This document shows positions 25,876 through 39,790 of a stretch of DNA of 64,000 nt, piece by piece. The stretch spans positions 58,716,001 through 58,780,000 of the forward strand of contig NC_045697.1 of the NCBI RefSeq assembly GCF_009834535.1. The letters run 5' to 3'. The translations under genes were made by a program, and so were the position numbers. Every line of letters begins with the position of its first letter. The stretch's first letter is position 1. The notes beneath the pieces were generated by a model, which saw only the letters and a program-made list of their open reading frames with translations, made no database searches and had not been told where the DNA came from. The DNA comes from Camelus ferus (Eukaryota).

Positions 25876-26821
25876 TCATGCTTCAGAGAACTTGGTAAGG
25901 CAAAGATAGGGAAAATGTGGTAGGACCTGCCACCTGCCTAAGTAATAATTAGAAATATGTCACTGCCATGGAGAATACTTGGAAACAGCTAATTCTTTTG
26001 TCTCCATATCACTCGCTGTTCTATTCTAGTTGGGTTCTGTTCTAATTGAATTAGAAAAGCAATTAGCACAGAGAGTAGAAAAATATTTATAATATATACT
26101 AATAAAAACTAAGCAGTATTGAGTTCCCTTCCCAGTCTGATTGTATGATGATATGATTACTGTAAGGATGACAGAATAATGAGAAAATTATGGATTCCTA
26201 GAAGTTAGAAAACAGCCACATTTATACTATTGGGGGCATTTTCACATTGTGCAATATTTTAAAAATAACTAGGTTTTCATTACTTACTGATAAAAATAAA
26301 TTAAATTAATACATACAGAGTAGACTTGGAAGTCCATAAATATGGATTTATTTCAAGTATTACAAGTCCGCTATTGTGAGAAATTCCTGTCTGTTTAAAG
26401 TGTGAGAAAATTTAAATGGAAACTCACATTTATTCATCCTATCTAGCTCATATATTTAGAACCAACCCCTTATTTACCCATTCATTATTTTTGCTGCCTC
26501 ATATAAACAGTGGATAGGTATAATATAGCAAAATTGACTTTACTAAACACTAACTTGACTTAAGTTTGCCTTGTATTTGATATATTCATAGAATCAAAAT
26601 GACTTTTGTCTATAAACAATATGCTGCACATCCCACACCCAGCCAGTCCATAACAGAGAAGATTAATATGTTTAAATTTGTAAGATATCATTATAGAAAT
26701 ATGCAATAATCTTTATTTAGAAAACAAAAATATGTCTTTGTTAATCCATGTGCTAAGTAAACAATGACTTTTTAAAACTGTATTAATTGTTTTAGGGGAA
26801 AAAGTTAATATTATGACAGAC

Positions 26822-27282
26822 TGTATTAGTATTCTATTGTTGCTATAGTAAATTACTACAAACAGTGATTTGAAATAGGACAATTTGTCAGAAGTTCAAA
26901 ATGAGTCTTAAGGGCTGAAATTAAGAGGTCAGCAGAGTTCATTCTGGAGGCTCTAAGAGAAAACACACATCCTATTTGTTCCAGCTTCTTAAAGGATACC
27001 TGCATTCCTTGGCTACTGACCCCTTCCTCCATCTTCAATGTGTGTCACTCCAATCTCTGCTTCTGTTGTCGTGACTCCATTTTCCAACATTAACCATTTT
27101 GCTTCATTTTATAATGACACTGGTGATTAGACTGGGTCCCCATGGATAATCCAGGATCATCTCCCCAGCACAAGATCCTTAATTTAATCAAATCAACAGT
27201 CTCTTTGCTATTTAGCATATTCCACAGGTTCTGGGGATTAGGATATGGATTTCTTTGAGGGACCACTACTGAATCTACCATA
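26822..27282 (-). mobile_element. MaLR solo LTR, MLT1D-like
   Basis: tgtattagtattctattgttgctatagtaaattactaca...ggataatccaggatcatctcccc...acaggttctggggattaggatatgg. Confidence 0.85.
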
Positions 27283-28389
27283 TAAGTATTTCATTGTTTA
27301 GAAGAATTTGTGTTTTGTAGGAGAGTTGTGAAAATTTTCAAGCAATTAAAAATTTTTACAGCATTCACAGGAATTGTGATCTCCTACCATTTGAGAAATG
27401 ACTCAAAAATAAACCAGAAACATTAAAACTTACATAGATTTTATCCTTTACTAACTACTCATTTTAATGAGGTACTATTAAGTTAAAATTTAAATATTTG
27501 AATGAAGTATACTGGTTATTTTTTTCTAGTTTTGTAAGACTAATGATTGGAATACAAGAAAATTAACAATTCTCTTTCATAATATTTTAATTGATTTTAC
27601 AAGAATTTAGGAAAATTTTATCTTGAAAATTAAATCTATTGATCTCATACATCAAGATTTTTGCTATAAGATCATTTTAGTAATAAACACATCGGAAAAA
27701 ACCTCACCTTCAAATGTTTTCACTACTTATCTTCCTTTATGCAGTATACTATAAAAAAAAAGTTATATTCCACGCATCTTTAAATCCCATGTTGTTTACA
27801 TTATTCAATTTGAGGGTCTTATAAAAATTCCTTTGAATTAAGTTTAAGTGCATTAGCTCTATAAGCTTACTATTTTAAATAAAGCAAGTGAGTACGGATA
27901 AGCTAATCCCTCAAATTTTATTTCTGTCTATAATATCATTTTACTTCCTAAATCAAATATTTTCCAAACTCTGGCAATCCAATTAACTTTTTAATACTCT
28001 CAACTCATCCTGTTCCCTTACAATCAGCATCAATGTGTACATTTAAATATTATTAAACCATTATAAATGTATAAAAATCCAATCTAGCTGTTGATGCCAT
28101 TTGATACTTGGTTTATTTGATTAAGTTTACTTTATGTTACTGTAGACTGTAATATTTTCAACAATATATATTTTAAAGGAAATATCAGTTTATTCAATTT
28201 CATTCTGCAAACATATTTTGATTCTTAATAAATCCTAAAACTTGAAAGAAATGTCTGCTTCATTATTAGCAGTCTTAAAGCAATAATTGCTGGGTCATAT
28301 CTCTCAAAGTCACTCTTCCCCATCAGTTATGCTGACTTTCTATCAGGTATTAGGACAGGCCAAACTTTTCCCAATCTCAGGTTCTTTGG

Positions 28390-28705
28390 AGATGATGATC
28401 TCTCTGCTTTGAAAGCTTTCCCAGGCTCTTTGCCTGACTGTCTCATTCTCATTCTTTAGGTCCAAATATCCTCTCTTGAGAGCAGTCTTTTATCACACTC
28501 ATATAAGCTGGCCCTTTTATTGTTTTCGATTGTACAATCGTGTTTATTTTCTTCTTGCATTCTATCATTGATGATTATATGTCTTGGTTCATGTATTTAT
28601 CACTTGCTTTACCCCCACCAGATCCATAGGGCCAAAACCTACTTTTCTTCAGTAATTAACACAGTAACTGACCCATAACAGGCACTGATAAACTTCTGTT
28701 AATAG
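28390..28705 (+). mobile_element. L2 3' fragment
   Basis: ctcattctcattctttaggtc...aacacagtaactgacccataacaggcactgataaa. Confidence 0.55.
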
Positions 28706-28814
28706 TATTGTTGGTGCAAGAACTTGATACTATATATTTTCAAAGTTAAAAAATATAGTGACAATTTAGAGTGCTTTTACACCTATTAGTATTGATTAGA
28801 TCCAAACCCTAGAA

Positions 28815-29095
28815 CAACAGTTGCAAATATAAGTATCTTCAGAAGCCAGAAGATATTTTGAAAGATTTATAATGATGACAATACAGTAAGTACCAGGAAA
28901 CAGGAATGAACAGACCCTATTTAAAAGGGGCAGCACTTACTCAGCTGTTGTCTATTGTTGCCGAAGGAAATACAGGTCCAGTTATTCTCCAGAAGACTTT
29001 ATGTTAAATCTGACTTTTCAGTGTTTGAGAGGCCTAAGGAAACCCTCTGCAGGATGAATCTGGCACACGACCACTAACCTGCAGTCTTTCCTCTA
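28815..29095. mobile_element. Probable hAT-Charlie DNA transposon remnant (MER102-like)
   Basis: cagttgcaaat...gaagccag at the start and gaatctggcacac...cctgcagtctttcctcta at the end. Heavily diverged. Confidence 0.35.
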
Positions 29096-29689
29096 AAGCC
29101 TACTGAGGGATCTGATTCTTCCTAATCATATATAGTAGGCTCTCTGCCAGCCCCATTGTCTTTCCTTGGAAATAATACCTTGATACTGAATTTCATGCAA
29201 TCCTGATGTTCTAGCCTGAATCATTACAGGAATTAGATTTAGACAGACCATTTTTGGAACTGATTCATCCGAACATGGAGTCCTTAAGAGACTTTCCACT
29301 ACCCCTTGCTCTCTAGGTCACTGGATCTTATTTTTCTTCAGACCTGGCTTACATCTTTTTATCTTCTGATTCTGGACCTACTGTTTTATATTCCTCCCAA
29401 CCCCTACCCCCTCAAAAGGCTTCTTTCTTCAACTTAAATTAGTCTAAATTGGTTTTTGCAGATTTGTACACAAGTATTTCTTATTAATACATTAGTTAAC
29501 TACATTCAAAAACAGTTTATTATCTTTGTGCTTCACACAGTGATGGGTATTAGGTATCAGAAGAATCACAGTGTACAGAGAAGTCATGACTTCTACCCTG
29601 CCCACCTATTGGTTCATCTCTTATTTCTTTTGTGTTGTGTACTTCATGCAAACACCAAACTGTTTTGGTTTTATAGTCACAGTAACAGT

Positions 29690-30020
29690 TTCCTATCTTC
29701 CATTGTCCCATCTGCCAAAAATGATTGCCTTGCTCACTAAAGTCAACTCATTCTTTAAGACTCAGCTCAAGGGTCATCTCCTCTAGAAAACCTTCCACGA
29801 AGATATATCCCCCCACACTCCATACACACAGCAGCCACTATGGGATGGGCATGTTAACATGATGTTCTCAACTGCTTTGCTGAACTAGCAACTCTGTAAC
29901 TTTGGGGACTTTGAGCCTCATTTGACTAAATTCCTCTAGGGCCGAATCTTTGTCTTAGCTTTCTAGAAACCTAACCTTTAGCATAATGCTGGGTCTGCAA
30001 CAGATGTTCAGTAATGGAAG
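29690..30020 (+). mobile_element. L2 3' fragment
   Basis: ctcattctttaagactcagctcaagggtcatctcctctagaaaaccttcc. Confidence 0.7.
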
Positions 30021-32909
30021 GAAGATAAAAGGCAGGAGTCTTGAAAGCAAATGATATAATCTAGTTGAGAATAATTTCCATAACAAATGAAGCAGCTAGA
30101 CAAAGGTATGAGAGAACTTAGGATAAGGATTTCTAGGAAAATATGTAGTCCACCTATGCTTCCTGTTTTCCAAACTGATACTAGCAATTTTTATGAATAT
30201 GTCCTATTTGGGGAATACAAGCAACTTTAAATTACCTATTAAGTAATCACTGATTCATGTGCAAAAGATTTATGAATTACATGTTAGGTGCAAGACACCA
30301 TCAAGTAAAAAGAAATTATAAGAGAGAAAGAGAGAAACTGTGGTGACAAAAAAGGAGCAAATAAAGGAATAATTTTGTTATTCTTATTATAAGTATCATT
30401 CTAAAAAAGAGAATTCAGATAACTGACATTCCTCTTATAGAGGGATAATACTTGATATATTACATGGAGGTATATGGAAGAATAATGTAAGAGACAAACT
30501 GGTTGCTAATAGCATTACTGGGGAATAGAATCACAATCATCAAGCAATCTGAATAAACTAAATTCATATAATCATATTTTTACCATAGATCTTTCCTTTG
30601 AATTAATAAGGTCTTATTTGTAGACAAAAGTTTTTGTTTATCATTCTAGGAATGACCATGACAGTTTCTGAGAATTAAATTTTGACTAAATTTCTTTTTT
30701 TTTCACTCATTCAATACATAGTCACTGAATGTCTCCTGTGAGAAACTGGGAAAGGCACTGAGGCACTGGGAATCAAATTGTATCTTGGCATTCTGTGATA
30801 CTTCAAAAGTTAAATATGTGTTAATTTCAGCACCATGAGTTTTAGAATGTGTAATTATTTATATATAAGGAACCAAAGTATGCAAATATTAATGCATGTA
30901 CTCATTTGAATATTTAGTTATTCAAATTTTATTTCTTTATAATTAAATTTTAAAGACTTTAGTTCATTTTAAGTGCTAAAAGAAAGTATATTTTTCTCAT
31001 AGTAAAAAAGATTAAATAACAGATTATATAATTAATTATAAATACTAATTTCTAATAATACTCATTTTGTATGCCTTTCTATAAAGATAATCACATACGT
31101 ATCTTCAGATGGCTAATGCGAATGGTGAGGAAAGTCTGCAAGTGCTATAACGTAACACTGATTTAATCACTCATTTCTATCGTAGCTCTCCAATTATGTG
31201 GTCCCCCCATCCATTTACTAAAAAAAGCTATCAGGAGAGAAGATTGCTAGAATAAGTAGTATGTGCTTTGTATTTTTGAAAAGAAGAAACAAAGACCTGA
31301 AGGAAAAGCTGGATCGTGAGAGAAGACAAGCACTTTTTGAGGGTAATGTGCATGAAATTGTATACCTTGGAAGAAAGACAAACTGTCAGCAGGATATAAA
31401 GTAAAGATTTTTTGCTCAGAAACACTATGTAGGTGGTTAGTTGTTTTATTGTTTTGTCCCTAACACAAGTCAGCCCTGTAAGCTGGCTAAAAGAAGGAAG
31501 CTCTACATAAAGAAGCCACAATTTCCATCCTAAATCAGGCTAGAAGTGATGGGGTGGGATGAGAAGAAGGAAGACACTGAGAGCAAAAATGTGGCATTTT
31601 AAATGCTGAGGTTTAACCTCTTGAATATTTGGGTCATCTCCTGGGGAGGAAATATCACTAAGGGGGAAAAAAATCAAACCTCAAAATAAAACACATAGGC
31701 TATAAAAGTCACACTGGAACTAAAGTGTGACAGGAACAGAGAAAAGTATTGATTCATCTGTTTCAAATTTGCTCACAAACAGGGTATCCGCGAACCTAAA
31801 CAAGAAAATACAGACAGCAGGAAGAAAAGATTAAATACAACTTTAGTGATTTGGAAAAAGCTAAGTACAAGACAGTCAAAAAACTGAATACAAGAAAAAT
31901 TTAGTGGCCTCACTAAATTGTTTACAATTACTAATTTTCCTTATTTTCTTTCCTACTGGCATCTTTTAAAAACAAGTCATATCATCTGGTTGATTCTGGT
32001 TAAGGTTCTTCTAAAACTATCACTGCTCAATGACGTATCTATTTATGGACTCCTAAAACCCTGTGCAATCATATCTTAGTTGTTTTTAACTTTCCTTCTC
32101 TTGTATGATACAGTAAACTTTGCTGAATTGTTTTCTCTATTACCTCTAATATGCTTATATGTCATTAATATCAATGTGTTTTTCTATATATTTTTACTTT
32201 TTCTATATTGTCCAAAAAAAGTATCACCTTAAAAATCAATATTACCATAGATACATATACACATACATAGAGCATGTATAAAGAAAACATCAATATTTTA
32301 CAAATGTCAATATTAAGAAGAAAAGATTAAAAAATACTACCTATATCACCATGTATACTGCAGTTTGTCATCTTCAACTCAAAATGAAAATGGATATTAC
32401 TGAAATGTATAATGAACAGAATCTAACATTATTTATTTGGTTGATTGTTTATTCAGTTATTCAGTTAGAACATTTTCAAATGTTAATACTGAACCCTAAA
32501 TATGAAGTTTGCCTTTTACTAATATAATAATACAATAGGGACTTTTAACAAGCATATTAATTAAGTACAGGGATTTTCTCTTATAACACAGGTAATTGAA
32601 ACAACTTTTTAAGTTACTATTCAGATAAGAGCCTCATTCTAAATTGTGGGTGGTATTTTTATAGCACAAATCAGTCTTTGCCATAAAGCTTCATTAGGTG
32701 TTTGGGAAAATAAAATTTTGTAGTGATTCAGCTGCTTTAAGAAAGAAATACAAACTGCTTAAAAGTAAATAGCAAAAGAACTAAAAAAAAGGGTCTGAGC
32801 TCTTGAAGCACTTGCTTTCACCACATGCCATTACTGTACCGATAAAAGTTAAATATTGAACAGCACTGAATAACTCATGAAAATATAAAGTGAAAAATCT
32901 GTGGGGGGG

Positions 32910-33150
32910 ACTACAGCTGGGTCCTTAAGAACAGGTATTACAGACAGACTCAGCTCTTGGCTCTGCCATTTTCTAGCTATTCCACATTTAACATGAGACA
33001 TTTCTTATCCTATTGAGTTTCAGTTTCCTGTTCAGTAAAATGGTGATACTCATACCTAACAGGGGGGTTACTGTAAGAACTAAATACACTAACGTGTGTA
33101 TACATATAACCCATGTAGTAAATGACATATAGTAAGGATTGATACATGAC
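32910..33150 (+). mobile_element. MIR SINE
   Basis: cttggctctgccatttt...tgagtttcagtttcctgttcagtaaaatggtgatact...gacatatagtaag. Confidence 0.75.
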
Positions 33151-33253
33151 TGTTACTTTAATAAAGCGAATCTTCTCAGCGTTGGGAAAAAAATTGGTAT
33201 TTTTTATGCTGGAGAGAAAAAAAACAGCTTACTGTTGTTTAAATCAGGACTTA

Positions 33254-33760
33254 TAGCAGTGCCCCCTTTATCCAAAGAGGATATGTTCTAAGTTCCCCAG
33301 TGGAGGTCTGAAACTGCGGATAATACCGAACCCTATATATACTGTTTTTCTTCCTATACATACATACCTATGATAAAGTTTAATTTATAAATTAGGCACA
33401 TTAAGAAATCATCTGAATTGCCAGCATCATTCGTCTTGCCAGTTGGGACCATTACTAAGTAAAATATGGGTTACTTGAACACAAGCACTGTGAGAGCATG
33501 ACAGTCAAAGTGATAATCCAGAAGGCTACCAAGTGACTAACTGGTGGGCCACACATTAAGTAGATATGCCGGACACGGGGATGATTCATTTTTGGGGTGG
33601 AACAGTAGGAGATTTCATCATGCTACTCAGAATGGCACATGATTTAAAACTTATGAATTCTTCTTTTTCTGTAATTTTCCATTTAATATTTTCAGACTGT
33701 GGTTGACCACGGGTAACTGAAACCAAGGAAAGTGAAACCACAGATAACAGGGGACTACTG
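33254..33760. mobile_element. MER44 (Tigger7-derived TcMar-Tigger non-autonomous DNA transposon)
   Basis: TIR-like ends tagcagtgccccctttatcc / gataacaggggactactg flanked by TA dinucleotides (33252-53, 33761-62). Contains internal catacctatgataaagtttaatttataaattaggcaca. Confidence 0.88.
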
Positions 33761-35946
33761 TACTTCATAGATCAAGGAAAGTCTTTAAGGTGATATCCAG
33801 AAAGTTTTAATAGCTTACCTGAGCTAAAGGATCCACATTTTTGTTAAGTAATCAGATCATATTCTAAACCCAGGCCTCCTGATCTCTGATCATTTTCCTA
33901 CTAAACCAGTCTACCTTGCAAATGAGTCACTGTAGTTTAATTTATAGTTTATACTTTTTTGAATTATTTTCTTTTAAAATCATGTTAAATTTACAAAATG
34001 AATTCCCAGTTATGCATTATACTTTTAACTGAAACATACTGAAGATAATTTAAATTAAAACAATCATACTATAAAATATAAATTAAACCAGTATATAAAC
34101 TAGCAAGTGGTTGCACCTGACTTTATAATTCTTATTTAATGAAACAATGAGATAAGTACTTAAATAGAATGTGAACATACTTCTAAGGCAATCAGTACAT
34201 TTTCAGGATTACCAGAAACCTATAAATTATAGGATATTTAGGAATTCAAATCACCTATCTCTAAAAATACATAAGATAGAAAAGAAATCTGTGGTAAACC
34301 ATAATCCTTTTATGCAAAAGTGTATGAGCAAGTTCTTACTTATATTGAAATGATTTAAGAAGATGATTTTTCAGAATGAGTTTGGCACAGTATATTAGAG
34401 TAGTTATCTTCAAAGGATTGTTGAAGAAATACAGAAAATTGAAGAAAATGTAAAATTCTTTAATTTGAAAAAAATTGTGAAAAAAACCTATAATTTGACA
34501 AACCTACTTCAGCTTTCACGTTTCAGGAATATGACTGCAAGTTTCTTAAAACTGTCTTTAAAAATGAGGCATGCCTTATTTTATACTTTAATAAATTGTC
34601 TTTGGATATAGCTATTCTATGTATTTCAGATCTTATTATATAATCCAAGTATAACTGCCACAGTTCCAAAATGGACTACAAATTTTATTTCTTTAAAATA
34701 CTGCTAGTAAATGATAAATGGTCATTTAGCTTTGTGTTTTCATAGAAAGGTCCCTAGAGATGAAAATATAAGAAACAAAACTTCAACTGAGGCTTCAGTG
34801 AAACCTAAACACTTCTGTTTTTCACAACAAAGAAAATTAGCTATAAAACTTCACTAGATAAACTTTCTCTTATCAATCACACTGTAAATGAAGGAAAAAT
34901 GAAATTTTCTCTTAATTGCTTTCATTATTTTAAATTTCAATTCATTTCTTGCTGGCCAAATTTCTCTCTATTATTGAAGTATGCACACTTAGAGCTCATG
35001 AGCAATGTGATGCTTTTAAAATAAACAGAACTGAGGCAAGCCTAGAATTACCTCTTGGCACAGTAAACTTGCTGATCCCTAGATACTTTGCTTCATCTCA
35101 GATGTTAAAGCAAGTTGGAACCTGGGATTTGTTTGTGACCCCAGGAGTTTTCTACCTCTTGGATGAGCTGCATATCTAATACGAGAATACAGGATTTCCT
35201 GAGTGATCTTCACTAAGGTACCCCATGAATAATTAGCTAGTCACATGAAAAATATTTTTGAGATGCTGATTCTATCTTTGGATAAAAAAAAAAATCAGAA
35301 AACAAGTTTCAGTTTTGATTGTTTGATTCTTCATTATTCCTTAAGAAAAAAAGAAGTTGTTGCCTTATACCATCTCTGACATAAAGGTTGCAAAGACACA
35401 TTTCTTAAAGCTGTAAAACATACACATTCTAAAGAGTGCTTTAGTTCACGTAATCCTTGTATTTTCTTTCCAGTCTGCTCCCTCTGGATGAATATATTTC
35501 TGATTCTCAAAATGCTGGCAGCCCAGAAAGCTTAGATATAATTGCTTCTATCAAATTCAAAATTTATCAAATTCTATACTACTATATATACAAGTATATT
35601 ATTCACTTTCACTTCTGTTTGCATGGACCTGGAAGGATGCAGTATTGACATACCACTCTTTCATCCCTTTTCTAAATATTTTATATTCTTGCATTAAGAA
35701 AAGTCTTAGAATAGATACTGATGTACAGAAATGTATACTCAAAATTAAATGCTGCAGGATCATGTAGGCAACATCTAATTCTTTCAATAGTGGGGAGAGT
35801 TTTGTGATCCTGAACAATTAAAATTAGTCAGTTTTCTTCATAAAATTTATGTGATTTATATGTTTTCATAGAAATTTTGTCAATGCATGCAAAACAAAGC
35901 TTAATATTTTTTCCTTTTTACAATAAAATGACAGGAATATACATAC

Positions 35947-36056
35947 TGTAAGGGACACATTCATACTGCACTTCAAGGTATTTATAGGTTCCCGGACATG
36001 GGTCTGGAAAAACATCAGGACCTGCCACCACGGCACACTGGGTTCTGTTATTGCAC
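35947..36056 (-). CDS. ADGRL3: Internal coding exon of adhesion GPCR L3 (latrophilin-3), C-terminal half of the SUEL/rhamnose-binding lectin domain
   Basis: Minus strand reads ttttcttttcttttgacttcag|GTGCAATAACAGA...GTCCCTTACA|gtatgt. The acceptor has a long pyrimidine tract and a TTTAAC branch-like motif (~36098-36103), and the donor is a canonical GT. 110 nt = 1 nt + 36 codons + 1 nt, translating to [47 protein letters not shown] matches ADGRL3 rather than ADGRL1 (QCVVVAGSDAF) or ADGRL2 (QCIVVTGSDVF), as recalled. Confidence 0.96.
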
Positions 36057-37844
36057 CTGAAGTCAAAAGAAAAGAAAAAATAATAAGCTTGTGCACTGTT
36101 AAATCATCATTAACATCAATACTACTTCTAGTTCCTATTTCACAGATTTAAATAAGATTTTGGTCAATTTAGGGTTCAGACTTATTAAGGAAAAATCTAT
36201 ACTACATTTTTTAAAATTAGACATTAAACTAATATTAAACTAATTTAATATTTGATTGAACACAGCGTGATTTTGAGTTAGAAGTTAAATACTCTTAAGC
36301 AACATTAACTGAAGGATACTGCCATGTGAAGACAGAATTTTTGGTAGGAAAGACTCCTAGTGTTAAAAAAAAAAATTTAGAAAATATAACCACAGAGTTT
36401 TATTAGGCAGTAGTAAAATAAATTCACTGAATATCATGCCATTTATTTTAAAGGCAGTGAACATATAGTGTTGAAAACTTTTAGCCAAACCTAAAAAATA
36501 AAGTCAATAAATGGTTAATATTTAAATATTAAAATATATCTAAAATTTAATCTATATAAATTAATAATAACTAACCTCATAAGTAAAACCATTTCTAAAA
36601 ACTGATTCTTATATTCAGCCAAATATCGACACTAACCTTACAGATTGCTATTCATAAATGCCAATATCCTGTATTTTAAGATAACTTAAAATCTCCAAAG
36701 AGAATAATCAGACATCACTATTGAAATAGAAACATACACTGGACATCTTTTGTGGTAATTGGGCTAAACAGATCTGGGTTATCCAAATATACTCATGGAT
36801 AAATATACATACAATGAAATTGATTCTTACTCTGAAAAAGATATGCAAGTTCACAGTAGCCTCAGTTTACTCAGAAATTTTCTAGTCTCAATAATTTATC
36901 AATAAGTAGGCATTTCTGTGGAAAAAACAATGGTTTTTCCCACCTAAAATTCTGGCACTAAGTGTACAGAATAAGATACTCTAGCTGTCCTGTTTTATGT
37001 TGTTTATTCATTTCAGAAATACAGTATCTCAGGCTAGATTTTTCTGCTACTTTCTTAAATAGGTGCTTCTTCCTGTAGTATGACCTATACCTCTGAATCC
37101 TTGCTAGAATACTTGCTGGATAAGGAGTATTTAGGGCAGAACTCATTTTGATTAAGAGTAAAAATGTTTTGTATTTACTCAAGGCTACCATTTGTCAGGA
37201 TTAATAAGGATTTTATTTACACCCTAAATAAAAATTGATTCATAAGTGAATGTCTTAAACTGAAAAATATATCCTATGTTATTAGTGAAAGATTAATAAA
37301 AGCCACTATTCCATACTCATCAGGTAATTTAGCATAACAACTAATCCTGAGTATCAACACATTCTAAGGTTCTCTTCCATAAACTTAAGTGTCTAAGAAT
37401 GATTATCAGACAACTGTGTAATAATATTAATGTAAATGTGGCTGTCCTCACACATGCATTGGAAATAGGTGGCTTGATATTTTAGTGTATTCAAACTAAA
37501 CAAAAAATAGCAGTACTTTCCTATCACATAGAAAAGCCACTTGAAGAAGCTGTCTCAAGTTATGACATATTTTTCTGCAGTTAAAGAAATACAATTTTCA
37601 CATCATACTTTGAAAACATAAACTCATAAGTCTATCTCAGGATTTTATACAATGAGCAGCTATACAAACTCAATTAAGCCTATAATTGTTACAAAAACAA
37701 TCAGCTATTACCAGGAATTCATTTGAAGTAGAAATGATGGAGAATGAAAGTATACATGGTAACATTTGATATTTGAATATTCTGTAAATATACCATTATT
37801 GCTGATCTCCAGTCATTAAATTATGTAAGTTTGAAATAAATACA

Positions 37845-37877
37845 CATATACATAATATAGTATATATATATATATAA
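37845..37877. repeat. (TA)n low-complexity repeat
   Basis: acatatacataatatagtatatatatatatataa. Confidence 0.75.
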
Positions 37878-39579
37878 TGTTTTCTCTCTTGGCCTATTGT
37901 TTTAATTCCCTATTACCAACTTTTTTTCTAATTACTACAGTTCTAATAATAATGAAATTAATATAAAATCTGTATCTCTTCTTGTAATTTTCATATATAA
38001 TACAAGTTTTTTATTATTTAAACACTGTTATCAACAAATCAAATTACTAGTCTTTTATGAGTAGGGCATGAAAGTTAAAATTTATAGTTATTCAAATATG
38101 AATCAAAAAGAATTTCAAATAGTTATATTTGTATAAATCAGATTTAAAAATACAATAAGGACGTTACACACATCCATTTATCCATCTAATTATTTAAATA
38201 TGTGCACTCACCACTTTACATATTATATATAATTTACAAAAATACTAATTATGTATATGTAAGAAAATTCAGACACATAACCATTTGTTATAGACATTAG
38301 ACATCATTCTGAGTCCCAAATATCTTACTTAATGTTAACCAAAGAAGAATCAAGAAAGTCTTCTAATTTATGAGATAGTGTTTATGAGAGGTACAGAAAC
38401 CAAAACATGCTATACCAGGAATAGATTGCAGTCATTGTCATCATTATTCTATAGAAAACAACAATGCTTTACAACATTTACTTTTTAAAATAATTTATAT
38501 TCTATTACTATTTCTATACCAAATGCTTTTTATAAGTTAAAATCCTTAAAAACCAAAAGGAGAAAGGTAGAAAACCTCTGGAATATTATTTCTGTATAAG
38601 ATGTAATACTGATTATTTAAAGACCAGCTACATTTCAAAACAGGAATTTAAAAGTCTGTCCTTTCTTTTTTTATGATTTCAGGCTCTATGAGTCAAAATT
38701 AAATTAACTTTATATTAGATTAAAGATTATTGATCAACTGATACCAGTAAGAATACTTTGCTATATAAAAGTTGTTCAAAGTAATTTCATTCTAAAATAT
38801 TATTGATGATAAAAGTGAAATAAAATAATTAAATGTTCTCATGTGCTTTAAACTCAGATTTTCTTTGTATTTACTTTTAATTTAAATATAAATTAAAAAA
38901 TAATTCTCAGTATCCCTGATATTAAAGATATTCTTAAAACCACAATAAAGGATGAGAAAATGCTGCAATAATATGGTCAAATGCATCCTAATCCACTAAC
39001 AGTCACAGAGAAAATACCACACTCTTATAAAAGTGTTAAGGCTTAAACTTTTGATAAAAGTTTCAATATTTTTTCATTAGAAATTTTATGCAATAACAAT
39101 TTTTCTACCCCAAGAACGGACAATTTTTAAATAAAGCATTTGATAAATAAAGCAGGTGACACTAACAAATACCAGATAGAATTCTCAAAGAAATCTCTTG
39201 GAGACTCAATTCTTACACATATAACATGGATACCAGTTATTTTACTACCTCACAAAGTTGATGTGCTTATAAAAATGCAATGAACAATTGTAAAGTATCA
39301 TATAAGTGCACAAGTTATACTATATCGTATACTATTTGTTGCTGTAGTTATCCTTATTAATATCAACATTAGTTATTTGTTTGGGAGATGGGTTAATAAC
39401 ACTTCATTCCAGATAGACTAAGTCTTCTGAGAGAAACCCACAACTAGAAGAAATGACACACAGAAAAGCACATAAATTCTTTGGGTTCAGAGTAGGAAGA
39501 GGTAAAAACAGATTCACATTAAAAAAAAATAAAATAAAAGTAAGCCAAGTAAATTAGTTGTATGCGAAGTATTTTACCT

Positions 39580-39790
39580 GGGATAGTAAATGTTTGAGTT
39601 TTATAGTAACTATTTAAACTTTATCAAACATGTTCACATATATCCACTTGTCACTTTTATTTTTTTTTTGAAATGACTGGTACTACTCCCAACTTTACAG
39701 AGGAGGGAACAGGTGTGGTGATGTTAAGTAACTTTTCAGGCTCTCAGTAATCAAATAATAGTCACTGGACTCCAGAACAGGGACCTGAAA
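39580..39790 (-). mobile_element. MIR SINE
   Basis: actccaactttacagaggagggaacagg...gttaagtaactttt. Confidence 0.55.

Larger units (their letters stand above)
1..35946 (-). other. ADGRL3: ADGRL3 intron downstream of the lectin exon (phase 1), continuing beyond the window start
   Basis: Begins at the GT donor at 35946-35945. I saw no KVEQK micro-exon or olfactomedin-domain exon in 1-35946. Confidence 0.8.

Noticed and set aside
35866..36096. 76-aa minus-strand ORF overlapping the real exon
   Set aside because: Wrong reading frame. The latrophilin peptide is in another frame bounded by splice sites.
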